In this document: one piece after another, positions 27,401 to 34,974 of the stretch | How positions within the stretch are numbered: position 1 is the stretch's first letter | How the letters are laid out: every line of letters starts with the position of its first letter | Virus record (IMG/VR): IMGVR_UViG_3300042892_003817 | From: a virus | Taxonomy: Duplodnaviria; Heunggongvirae; Uroviricota; Caudoviricetes | Strand: one strand, 5' to 3' | DNA: 64,000 nucleotides | Made by a program: the position numbers and the translations under genes | Notes under the pieces: generated by a model | Databases searched by the model: none | Seen by the model: the letters and a program-made list of their open reading frames with translations, nothing else | What the model was told of the DNA's origin: nothing

Positions 27401-27486
27401 GTTCTCTGTTTAGAAAGTTCCCCTGTTATGGACTTAAGAATGTCTCTTAATTCCCCGGCATTTTTATTTTCGTATTGATCTGACAT
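24448..27486 (-). CDS. Tape measure protein
   Basis: 1012 aa, Ala/Gly/Leu-rich helical, hydrophobic C-terminal third; directly after tube and chaperone genes. Confidence 0.88.
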   Translation of the reverse strand: MSDQYENKNAGELRDILKSITGELSKQRTIQAESAAEYRKMDSIARNLQDTSMGISNLTSEELDKLRSKNQNHIKELQYQAERLARQKIGLGFEGKITAETIERLKYLDKLSIQEEAILRAAADHFEIEKSLTAEVEDQYKKRLAFEKQVSNSLGVSGAIIGGIDGIMSKLGMNSGIFKDSIEESKKAMQEAAEAAARNGEHISKTAIMMKGLGPLASGFGKALLDPLTIITAILDGFFRVNKASVEVQQLTGQYETSIAGVNDRLATSAQFLQTAAELTKQLGVSATLVFAPDQIAQLAEAKNLLGLSAEQAGRMGILMKTTGKSADQVGQGIYDTVNAYNGANRAGIAHGVVLQDVLGASDSITASLGNSEKKIGAAAVAARGLGLSLSEVDEIAGSFLNFEDSISAELEAQLLTGKNLNLSKARELALNNDLEGVANELKKNGASAAEYAGMNRLEQESLAKALGMSRDQLAKSVLTQEAMKNMTDEQIAKARGVTLEQSKAMDVQEKMQVGMQKLAEAFAPVLDVVVNLVDALMFVITPVAKLIAMVVGNPIGKAILLAVVAANFLGVAVSGVGKAFGSMYQLGAKALTGITSLFKSGGLKSALGGLKDNLTGGFKGGAGGLKDKIMGPAADKTKSLAGDAGGADAKKGGGIKGFLKGLGDGLASMGKQMGDIIKGAIALGIAGVAIAGGLAIAMMIIKDVDPAKMLAFTGSIAMLGLTLAIMGKIGGNVIQGALALGIVALALIPAAYAFSLLKDVDTDKIIAFSIAVPLLALAAAGLGFLLTPIAMGALALAALGVGLMAVGAGFMVLTAGQAGFGLFNQLLDTMADKGVAAGLGLGATGIGMGLLGAAGFLAFPGMLLAAVAMSAMIIPLTLLSAVASAGVLPILATTLMQIAAAAPGLLGVGMALFSIAAGLGAVALAGVLAIPAIGGAVMLAAVSPALVSLAEAFGMGGDSAGEAKGKSEEGSMAVVEAKLTELIAVVKAGGNVYLDSNKVGRAQVLGSYKSS

Positions 27487-27523
27487 TCAATAAAGATTTT
27501 AATATAAATAGCTAAAGCTTCTA

Positions 27524-27790
27524 TTATCTAGAAGCTTTTGTACTATAATCCGGTGCTTTTATATGTCCGTTTTGCAATACCGATGCCTTACCGGATTGCT
27601 GCTGCTGTTCCTTATTCTGTTTTTGATAATGTTCTACCATAGTTCTATGAATATACTTTCTTAACCATATCGGAAACTCGTATACTGTATCGAAAGAGTA
27701 CCCTCCTTGTCCGTTAAAAACTATGTCATGTAGTTGAGCAAATAACCCGGCTCTATATTCCGGCGTCAGGCCAAAGAAAGCTAACCCCAA
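27524..27790 (-). CDS. Tail assembly chaperone C-terminal extension (GT-like), probably reached by frameshift
   Basis: Only a TTG start; overlaps 3' end of 27753-28493 in +1 frame; precedes tape measure. Confidence 0.65.
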   Translation of the reverse strand: MGLAFFGLTPEYRAGLFAQLHDIVFNGQGGYSFDTVYEFPIWLRKYIHRTMVEHYQKQNKEQQQQSGKASVLQNGHIKAPDYSTKASR

Positions 27791-28493
27791 TTGGGATATC
27801 TACCCCTCCTTCAGGTCCATCTTCTGGGAAGAATTTTAAGTCAACATCCGGTTGTACCTGTCTAATGTGTTCTCTAAATGCTCTAGAGTCTCTTGCTAAT
27901 AAGTAATTATCGACAAAATCTCTAATTGCTTTAGGTGTTGAATCTCCTTCTACAGAAGTAATTATTCTTTTCAATCTTGTAGATAATTCCGGAGAAGCAT
28001 CTTTTGTTAATTTTTTTAATCCTTTTACTTCTTGATCGATAAATTGCTCATCTGCGTGAGTAAGTAATTTGAAAGTAACATTGGTACTTGAAGATGGCAT
28101 TATATATGCAAATTCATTTTTACCTCCCTTAAGAGCATCGTAATTAATTTCTTTAGTTTTTAATTCTGCAAGATCAACTACTTCTTTTCGTCCTTTGTAT
28201 TCAAATTCATAATCTTTACCGTACCCTAATACCCTAGAAGCAACTAGAATTGCATTCTTATCTCCTAATAAAAGATCTCCGTAGTTGATTGGAGTTACAA
28301 TAAGAGATTGTAGTAATTTATCAATAACTACTCCTTGTTGTATGTAGTTTTGATTTGTTAGAATATCTTCCTCACGAGCTGTCATGTATTTCATCTCGAT
28401 TTTACCTTCTGCTAATGCAGAATCTTTAGGATAGAGTAACCCTCTTGATGGTAATTCTACCATTTCGGTAGGAAATTTTTGCTTTTGTTCCAT
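27753..28493 (-). CDS. Tail assembly chaperone / T4 gp26-like baseplate hub assembly protein
   Basis: ELPSRG..Y, MTAREEDIL, GD..AIL.A.R..GYG; between tube and tape measure. Confidence 0.75.
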   Translation of the reverse strand: MEQKQKFPTEMVELPSRGLLYPKDSALAEGKIEMKYMTAREEDILTNQNYIQQGVVIDKLLQSLIVTPINYGDLLLGDKNAILVASRVLGYGKDYEFEYKGRKEVVDLAELKTKEINYDALKGGKNEFAYIMPSSSTNVTFKLLTHADEQFIDQEVKGLKKLTKDASPELSTRLKRIITSVEGDSTPKAIRDFVDNYLLARDSRAFREHIRQVQPDVDLKFFPEDGPEGGVDIPIGVSFLWPDAGI

Positions 28494-28525
28494 AAATTTT
28501 ATTTGTTAGTAACTTTTTCTATATA

Positions 28526-28556
28526 TAAATATATGAAAAAAACTTTTTTAAAACAA
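28526..28556 (-). promoter_or_regulatory. Bacteroidota sigma70-type promoter TTG-N20-TATATTTA overlapping TATTTATA
   Basis: Exact 20-nt spacing; upstream of chaperone gene. Confidence 0.55.
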
Positions 28557-28582
28557 CAAAGCCCGGCTACTGCCAGGCTTGT
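28551..28582 (-). terminator. Intrinsic terminator after tail tube gene
   Basis: AGCCTGGC-AGTA-GCCGGGCT hairpin then TTGTTGTTTT. Confidence 0.7.
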
Positions 28583-28602
28583 TAATTTTATTTGAGTGGT
28601 TA

Positions 28603-29091
28603 TTAGTAATTTAATACACAATAATCCATTGCAATTGAAATTCCTATCTCTACTACTCCGTCAGCAGAAGTCCAGTCAAATTGTCCAAAATCTCCTTTTG
28701 TTAAGAAAGCTCCTTTGATAATCCATTCCCCTACGATATCTCCTACAGGACCTAGAATGTTTAAAGTTAAATCTTTCTTATAGAAATCTGAATATCCAGC
28801 TCTACCTGTTACTGATTCATATCCTAAACGAGCCCATTCCATTACTGCTTGAGCCCCTGAAGGTGTGATTGGTGAGTATAAAGTCATATCCATATCCTGC
28901 CACTCTCTTTTTCCTCTTATTTTTCTGTAAGAGTTAATGTGATCAAGTTTGATCATAGAATCTTGAAAGTTAGGAGCTTTCACGTTTTTAATCATGAATG
29001 CTGGGATATTGTCTATGTACATTACGAACCTGTGCTGAACCATTGGTTCGAAGGCTCTGAACATTATTTCGTTTGGATCTAATACTGCCAT
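28603..29091 (-). CDS. Tail tube protein (gp19-like)
   Basis: 162 aa, RF..YI, G..EW, W...GA...  pattern; follows sheath. Confidence 0.85.
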   Translation of the reverse strand: MAVLDPNEIMFRAFEPMVQHRFVMYIDNIPAFMIKNVKAPNFQDSMIKLDHINSYRKIRGKREWQDMDMTLYSPITPSGAQAVMEWARLGYESVTGRAGYSDFYKKDLTLNILGPVGDIVGEWIIKGAFLTKGDFGQFDWTSADGVVEIGISIAMDYCVLNY

Positions 29092-29136
29092 TTTATTGTT
29101 TACTTATTTAATTATAAATATCTGTGTTTCTAAATA

Positions 29137-31260
29137 TTATACAAACGTTGCTCCTGTTGGTTCAATTGTGAAGTCTAATACTACGAATTCAATTGTTTTA
29201 GCTGGTTGAATGTAGATTTGTCCTACTAATTGATTTCTATCAACTACATCTGCTGAGTTGTTAGATTCGTCCATTACTACTCTGTATGCATAAAGACCTT
29301 GTCTTTGTACTACTGATTCTAAGTAAGGATTAACCGTCGCTAAGAATTTATTTCTTGTTGCAATAGTATTTTGTTCGAATACTAAGTTTTTAGCTTGGTC
29401 ACCAATGAACTTCTTAAGTTCTATTAACAAACGTCTAACGTTTACTCTATCTAAAGCTGAAGCTTTTGTTTGTAATGTTTTTTGTCCGAATACTGATATA
29501 CCTGTTCCTGGGAAAGAAGCAATTGGATTTACTTTTCCTGAGTATAAAGTATCTCTTTCTCCTTTTGTTAATCTTCTTTGTGCTTGAATTACTCCTGGAA
29601 TACCTCCTCTTACAAGTCCTGCTGGTGCAAACCATGGTGCTGAAGCTGCATCTGTGAATGTATAAACTCCTGGTATTACAACTGAAGCTGGTATCCATTC
29701 ATTCTTACCTGTAGCTGATTTAGTTTGTAACCAAGGCCAGTAAGATGCTGCGTAAGAACTATTTAATACTGCTGCTTCATCTGTTACTTGAGAAAGTGTA
29801 GATTCATATCCTACTAAGTCTACTACTGCAATACAATCTCCTCTATTTTCTGCTAAAGAGATAAGTGCGTCTGTTACTGTTGAGTGATCTGCTGTAGTTA
29901 CTCCTGGTGCTGTTATTACATTGAATTGATAATCATCTCTATTCTCTAATAATGCAATTGCATCTGTATAATCTCCTGCTATTAATCCCTGTGTTTGAGC
30001 GTCTATGTTTTTAAAGAAGTTAGCTCCTGCTATAATTGTACCTCCTGCACTATGAAATGCTCCAGAAACTGCTTGCGGTAAAGATGCTGAGTAAGAAAGT
30101 CCTGCTGCATCTGCATTAACTGATACTCCGTCGTTTCCTAGGTAGTTAATTGTAGGTAAATTTACTGCACTTACTCTAATAAAGTTTGATCTATTTGGAT
30201 AATCTCCTACTAGTCTTAAAAATGTTGAACTTCCGTCTGTACCAATTGTTGTATATTGACTACCGATTCTTTTCTCGATATAATCATCTGAAGCTGGATC
30301 TAATGAAAGGTTGTTAAACGTTTCTAAGATTACTTTAGTATTTGTACTATCGTCTCCTCTTCTTATTGATAATGTAAAAGTACCTCTAGAGTTATTTACA
30401 TTTGTGATTTCCCATCTTAAGTTATCTTCTGAACCTGATACTAAAGATCCGTCAGAGTTTTGAGCTCCTGCATCTGTTGCTAGAGGAGAGTTGTTGTAAA
30501 TAGCTCCTTTACCTATTGTATTAATTGAGAATGGGAAAGAAGAAGCTGCTGCGTCTGTACCTCCTGCTATTGTGAATAAGCTTGATGATACGGTAGAGTC
30601 TGTAATAGATCCTGTAAAGAATGTAATTCCATTTCTTAAAGTACCAGCTACTGATCCGCTTAAAAGTAAATTTGCTCCTGATCCTGTTGCTTGTAATACT
30701 CCTGGGATTGCATTGTTAATTTCTGCTGCTAAGCTAGTTACTGTTGCTGCAATTGTTGAACCTGATTGGAAGAAGTATACATTACCTGTTCCACTATCTG
30801 CTGGAAGTGGGGTACCTGCTGGAATAAATCTATAAGCTGCTGTTCCGTACTGTACTTTAAACTCTTGATTGACTGCAATGTCATTTGTTAAAGTTCCTGA
30901 TCCAGTTGCTCTATTTACTCCTGTTACTTTGTTAGAAGCAATGTTTGTACTTTGTGCTTCTGAGTAATCAGGGCCAATGTGGTCTACGACTCTAGTGATT
31001 AAGGCTGTATTACCTCCTTGAGAGAAGTAATTCTTAACGGCTAATGAAGTTAAATATTCGAATTTGTCTGAACCTGAGGCGAAAGTTACTCCGAACTTTC
31101 TTACATAATCATTATAAGAAGTTACTACTGTAGGCATTTCTACAGGCCCTTTAACTGTTGGTCCAATAAATGCTGCTCCTACCGCTACCGGTGCTGGTTG
31201 TATAAAAGAAAGGTCGTTTTCTCTTGTAAATACTCCTGGAGAGATAATTGATTCTGCCAT
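29137..31260 (-). CDS. Tail sheath protein (gp18-like)
   Basis: SPGVF.RE.D, PWFAPAG..RG, VNPI..F.G.G...FGQKT, RVNVRRL, FEQN. Confidence 0.95.
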   Translation of the reverse strand: MAESIISPGVFTRENDLSFIQPAPVAVGAAFIGPTVKGPVEMPTVVTSYNDYVRKFGVTFASGSDKFEYLTSLAVKNYFSQGGNTALITRVVDHIGPDYSEAQSTNIASNKVTGVNRATGSGTLTNDIAVNQEFKVQYGTAAYRFIPAGTPLPADSGTGNVYFFQSGSTIAATVTSLAAEINNAIPGVLQATGSGANLLLSGSVAGTLRNGITFFTGSITDSTVSSSLFTIAGGTDAAASSFPFSINTIGKGAIYNNSPLATDAGAQNSDGSLVSGSEDNLRWEITNVNNSRGTFTLSIRRGDDSTNTKVILETFNNLSLDPASDDYIEKRIGSQYTTIGTDGSSTFLRLVGDYPNRSNFIRVSAVNLPTINYLGNDGVSVNADAAGLSYSASLPQAVSGAFHSAGGTIIAGANFFKNIDAQTQGLIAGDYTDAIALLENRDDYQFNVITAPGVTTADHSTVTDALISLAENRGDCIAVVDLVGYESTLSQVTDEAAVLNSSYAASYWPWLQTKSATGKNEWIPASVVIPGVYTFTDAASAPWFAPAGLVRGGIPGVIQAQRRLTKGERDTLYSGKVNPIASFPGTGISVFGQKTLQTKASALDRVNVRRLLIELKKFIGDQAKNLVFEQNTIATRNKFLATVNPYLESVVQRQGLYAYRVVMDESNNSADVVDRNQLVGQIYIQPAKTIEFVVLDFTIEPTGATFV

Positions 31261-31354
31261 GTTTATTTAATTTGTTTTAATTTATTATAAATATCTTGGG
31301 ATTTCGATAACCATCTTATATGATTAGAGGTTCTATATTCTCTAATAAATAGGA

Positions 31355-31376
31355 AAGGAGAGTCAAAACCCTCCTT
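31355..31376 (-). terminator. Terminator-like hairpin between fibre block and sheath
   Basis: AAGGAGGGT-TTTG-ACTCTCCTT. Confidence 0.55.
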
Positions 31377-31401
31377 ATATTCCTCTTACTTTTTACAGTA
31401 A

Positions 31402-31674
31402 TTATTCTGCTACTTCTACTTCTTCTACTAGAGGTGTGAATTCTCCTTTTTCAAGATCAATTGAACCTTTTCCGTAAGCAGTTTCTAATGCTTCAGCCAA
31501 TGCTTTTTCTTCTTGTTTTAATTCTTCTAAAAAAGCAAGTACACTTTCTCTTCTACTCTTTAGATTTAATTTTAATAATTCAATCTGACCTAATTCTTGT
31601 ACAACTGCTTGGCTTTTTTGTTTTACTGCTTCAATTTGTTGTAACTCTTCTTGTGTTAATTTTTTGTTTTCCAT
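31402..31674 (-). CDS. Small coiled-coil protein (paralogue of 33494-33745)
   Basis: KLTQEEL...LGQIEL...YGKGSID..KG. Confidence 0.75.
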   Translation of the reverse strand: MENKKLTQEELQQIEAVKQKSQAVVQELGQIELLKLNLKSRRESVLAFLEELKQEEKALAEALETAYGKGSIDLEKGEFTPLVEEVEVAE

Positions 31675-31706
31675 GAAACTTATTTTTATGTTAATCGATT
31701 AATACT

Positions 31707-31737
31707 ATAATATAGTAATTTATTCTTGAGTATCCAA
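31707..31737 (-). promoter_or_regulatory. Bacteroidota sigma70-type promoter TTG-N20-TATATTAT
   Basis: TTG gatactcaagaataaattac TATATTAT. Confidence 0.55.
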
Positions 31738-32136
31738 CACTACTTCTTCTCCTACTACTCCCTCTACAACTGGTGCGCTATATAAAGGACCTGTAATTGT
31801 TTTAGGTGCAACAAGTAGTGCAATTTGTGCTTCGATATTTGCTTGTAGTCTCTCTAACGTAGTAGGGCTTGTCTCTGCTCCTTCTGGCATTAGCGCCGGT
31901 GTTGTATTCATTATATCCTCTAACCATCCAATTGCTACTGGGTCTGATACTTCTTCCCAAGGTGTGAAGCTTTCGGGGTTTGGATTTCCAATAGCGGTTG
32001 CTCCATAAGTTTCAGCTGTTACACCGTTTTCGTCTGTACCTTTGTACCTCCAGTGAATTGTTTTAATTACGTTTTCTAAACCGTCTAGGTTTACTTCTCT
32101 CTCTACTGCAGAGATTGTCCAATTAAATGTTGTCAT
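31720..32136 (-). CDS. Tail-fibre-associated protein (paralogue of 33149-33472)
   Basis: FNW.I...IHW.Y.GTDENG...GAT...F.PW.E.....GW. Confidence 0.75.
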   Translation of the reverse strand: MTTFNWTISAVEREVNLDGLENVIKTIHWRYKGTDENGVTAETYGATAIGNPNPESFTPWEEVSDPVAIGWLEDIMNTTPALMPEGAETSPTTLERLQANIEAQIALLVAPKTITGPLYSAPVVEGVVGEEVVLDTQE

Positions 32137-32158
32137 TTGTTTTTATTTGTTTTTATTA

Positions 32159-32710
32159 TTACTCTTCACAAACGTCTAGGAATTCCTGATCAAAACCATC
32201 TCCTTTCCAGTACCTGATTATTGAATCGCCGGCGATATATACTGCATCTTTTACTCCCATAGTCATACCTTCGTCTTCGGCCAGTAGAGTAGCAAGACTG
32301 AAGTCTTCATTATCTATATAAAATACTTTTGTTTTTCCATTAATGAAATTCATACAAGCTTCTTTTGAATCACCATAAGATATTCCTACCATAATAGCAG
32401 TCGAACTTGATCTTTTTACTACATCTGTTCTCTCTCTAAATACTATATTTGATGCAAATGTTGCATCTGCTCCAATAGCGGCACGATCATCTCCTGTAAC
32501 TGTTATTTTTTGATAAGATAGTATTTTATAAGGTAGAGTAAGTATTTCACCTGTGGTGAGTACGCGTACAGTACTTGTCTGAGTTTTATCTCTTAAATCG
32601 TAGTAGATTACTGCTTTGTCTTGTGTTGTAAACCGACTTTGTATTTCAACTAAAGCTTCTGTAGCTACTCCTTGACCTTCAATTGTATATGGCTCTATTT
32701 TCTCTTTCAT
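32159..32710 (-). CDS. Hypothetical tail-region protein
   Basis: 183-aa ORF in tight operon. Confidence 0.7.
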   Translation of the reverse strand: MKEKIEPYTIEGQGVATEALVEIQSRFTTQDKAVIYYDLRDKTQTSTVRVLTTGEILTLPYKILSYQKITVTGDDRAAIGADATFASNIVFRERTDVVKRSSSTAIMVGISYGDSKEACMNFINGKTKVFYIDNEDFSLATLLAEDEGMTMGVKDAVYIAGDSIIRYWKGDGFDQEFLDVCEE

Positions 32711-32716
32711 CTTTAC

Positions 32717-33124
32717 TTAAAAACAGTTAACTGCTACATTTCCATTACTTGTCAATACTGTTGAGGCTGAATTAATCTCCCATTCTTGGTATATATCAGC
32801 AGGAAATAATGGTTCATAATATAGGTATTCGTACCAGAGGTCTGTATAATTATACATTGGGTCGTAATATGCTCCATCAAACCTGTAGTATATCCCATCA
32901 CTTCCTAAATAGATCTCCCAATAGTCATAGTTACAAGGATCTCCTGCAGCATAGTTATTAAGGTATGTATAAGTCACAGCACCGTATCCATAAAACTCAC
33001 TTACAGCATCAGGAGTAGAAAATCCTGCTATTGAAGACATACTTCTTAGAGAGAATGGCGGGGCTGTTGCTAACTCTGTTGCTATTGTTGAGAAGCTTAA
33101 TACTCCACTAGCTGGTAATGCCAT
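32717..33124 (-). CDS. Putative distal fibre/adhesin-like small protein
   Basis: MALPASGVLSFSTI..E...SL....FYGY N-terminus typical of small fibre-tip proteins; Tyr/Trp-rich C-terminus. Confidence 0.6.
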   Translation of the reverse strand: MALPASGVLSFSTIATELATAPPFSLRSMSSIAGFSTPDAVSEFYGYGAVTYTYLNNYAAGDPCNYDYWEIYLGSDGIYYRFDGAYYDPMYNYTDLWYEYLYYEPLFPADIYQEWEINSASTVLTSNGNVAVNCF

Positions 33125-33148
33125 TTACTTTACTTTTAATTTATTAGT

Positions 33149-33472
33149 TTATTCAGATGCCCAAGGAAGTCCTGGTGTTTTAATAGCCTTAGCGTCAATT
33201 TGTTTTTGTATTTGATCATTTACGTGTTCTTCGTAAGAACCTACAACAACAGCTTGAATCCATCCTAGTACAATTTCTTCTGTTAATTCTGTATATGGTA
33301 CAAACGTTTCTGAATTAATTGTAGATTGCGGAAATGGTGTTGCTCCTGTAAATGTTGCTTCATTTCCGTTTTCATCAGTTCCTGTTTTTTCCCAATAGGT
33401 CTGTATAACTGCGTCTGTTACATCTCCTGTATCTACTGTTTTAACTCCTGTTACTTTCCAAGTATAAGTCAT
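33149..33472 (-). CDS. Tail-fibre-associated protein (paralogue of 31720-32136)
   Basis: YTWKV...YWEK.GTDENG...GAT...FVPY.ELTEE..LGW. Confidence 0.75.
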   Translation of the reverse strand: MTYTWKVTGVKTVDTGDVTDAVIQTYWEKTGTDENGNEATFTGATPFPQSTINSETFVPYTELTEEIVLGWIQAVVVGSYEEHVNDQIQKQIDAKAIKTPGLPWASE

Positions 33473-33493
33473 AATTTACTCTATTAGCTGTTT

Positions 33494-33745
33494 CTATTTT
33501 TTTATATAGTATCCTGTAGCTGAATCAATAGATCCTATTCCATATCTTTCAGTTAGTAATTCTTTAAACTGAATTTCTCTTGTGTTTAACTCCAGTAGGT
33601 TAAAGTAAGTCTCTTCAGTAATTTTTTCATTAGTAATTTCTGCAAGTTTCACTTCACCTAGCTTAATCAAATATTCAATTCTTTTTTTATAAAGAGTACT
33701 ACTTACTCCTATTTCTTCTTCTGATAACCTAATTTGTTCATTCAT
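33494..33745 (-). CDS. Small coiled-coil protein (paralogue of 31402-31674)
   Basis: RLSEEEI...LGEVKL...YGIGSID..TG; ATGA overlap with upstream gene. Confidence 0.7.
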   Translation of the reverse strand: MNEQIRLSEEEIGVSSTLYKKRIEYLIKLGEVKLAEITNEKITEETYFNLLELNTREIQFKELLTERYGIGSIDSATGYYIKK

Positions 33746-34962
33746 GGTTTTGTATTCAATAATTTTTTTAAATTTCTACTGTCTAGTAAAGGTATTTTTG
33801 TTATTACATTACCTAATATGTTATAGTAGTATATTACATAGTTAAATTTATCTTTAATAAAATTATGCATTTCTTCTAAAATATCATACTGCATAGTCTC
33901 TCCTCTAATTTCCTTGTAGTTCCTAATATCTGAGTATTTGTTACAAGTTTCTTTTATACTCCTCTTTATAATTTCTATATTACTGAGGTTATATAATTTG
34001 CTTGGTACTTCCTTATGAGTTTCAGTATAGTAGATAACTAATATTTTATCATACTGTTTACTTAGTATTTCATAATTCAGATACTTACTATAATGTGTAA
34101 CTAGGCATTTTAAAGTACCTGTTGAGTTTTTTATATTCTCTAAATACTTTAATGTAAGTCCTACTGGTTCACCTGATTGATCTAAATGCTCAGCTATAAC
34201 AGATGGAACTATGGATATTATTTTACCTAATCTTCTAATTCGTCTACATATTATAAAATCCGGTGGTGCTATATCATCTCCATCCTCATGCCACTTAGGT
34301 AGGGGTATTATTTTTTTTACATCACTACCTGATAACAACATGCATCCATTTCCTACAAATCCTACATCTTGATAATTTTCAATTGCTAAATCATCAATAG
34401 AACATCCTTTCCAAGTCTCTTTCTTAAAACTTCCTACTATTCTTCTAGATGTTTCTACTTTCCGTACTGCTATTGTAGGCTCTACCCAAGTCTTATTAAA
34501 ATAAATACCACTTGCTATTCCGCAATTATTAATACTCTGATAAGATTTTAATAAATCTTCTAAAGCATTAACTGGCGGTATTGTATCGTCATCTACAAAA
34601 TGAACGTATGTTTCATTTTTTGCAGCATCTAATCCTATCTCAATATTCTCTAATGCAGCTCTATGTTTTTTTTCTGGGTCTTGTTGTCTTGTAAATGTTT
34701 CCCATTCATTCCAACTCAAATCAGAATAGCATTTTGAAACTCCTTTTATATAAGAAATGTTATTATATTTACTACTTAATTCTAACTCTTTAATTCTATC
34801 TTTTACCAATATTTCAAAGTCTGCATCGCATCCTAATACTATATACAGATTCACATCTATATTCTCAGGTACTTCTACATTTTTAAAATAACTTAGTAGA
34901 GGTGTTAATGAAAATTCTCTACCTATAATAACCGTTGCTATCCCGCAAGATGCATTACTCAT
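33742..34962 (-). CDS. GT-A fold (family 2-like) glycosyltransferase
   Basis: YVHFVDDDTIPP DxD motif, VGFVGNGCMLL, PDF..C.R....G......V...H. Confidence 0.8.
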   Translation of the reverse strand: MSNASCGIATVIIGREFSLTPLLSYFKNVEVPENIDVNLYIVLGCDADFEILVKDRIKELELSSKYNNISYIKGVSKCYSDLSWNEWETFTRQQDPEKKHRAALENIEIGLDAAKNETYVHFVDDDTIPPVNALEDLLKSYQSINNCGIASGIYFNKTWVEPTIAVRKVETSRRIVGSFKKETWKGCSIDDLAIENYQDVGFVGNGCMLLSGSDVKKIIPLPKWHEDGDDIAPPDFIICRRIRRLGKIISIVPSVIAEHLDQSGEPVGLTLKYLENIKNSTGTLKCLVTHYSKYLNYEILSKQYDKILVIYYTETHKEVPSKLYNLSNIEIIKRSIKETCNKYSDIRNYKEIRGETMQYDILEEMHNFIKDKFNYVIYYYNILGNVITKIPLLDSRNLKKLLNTKP

Positions 34963-34974
34963 AACATTTATTTT

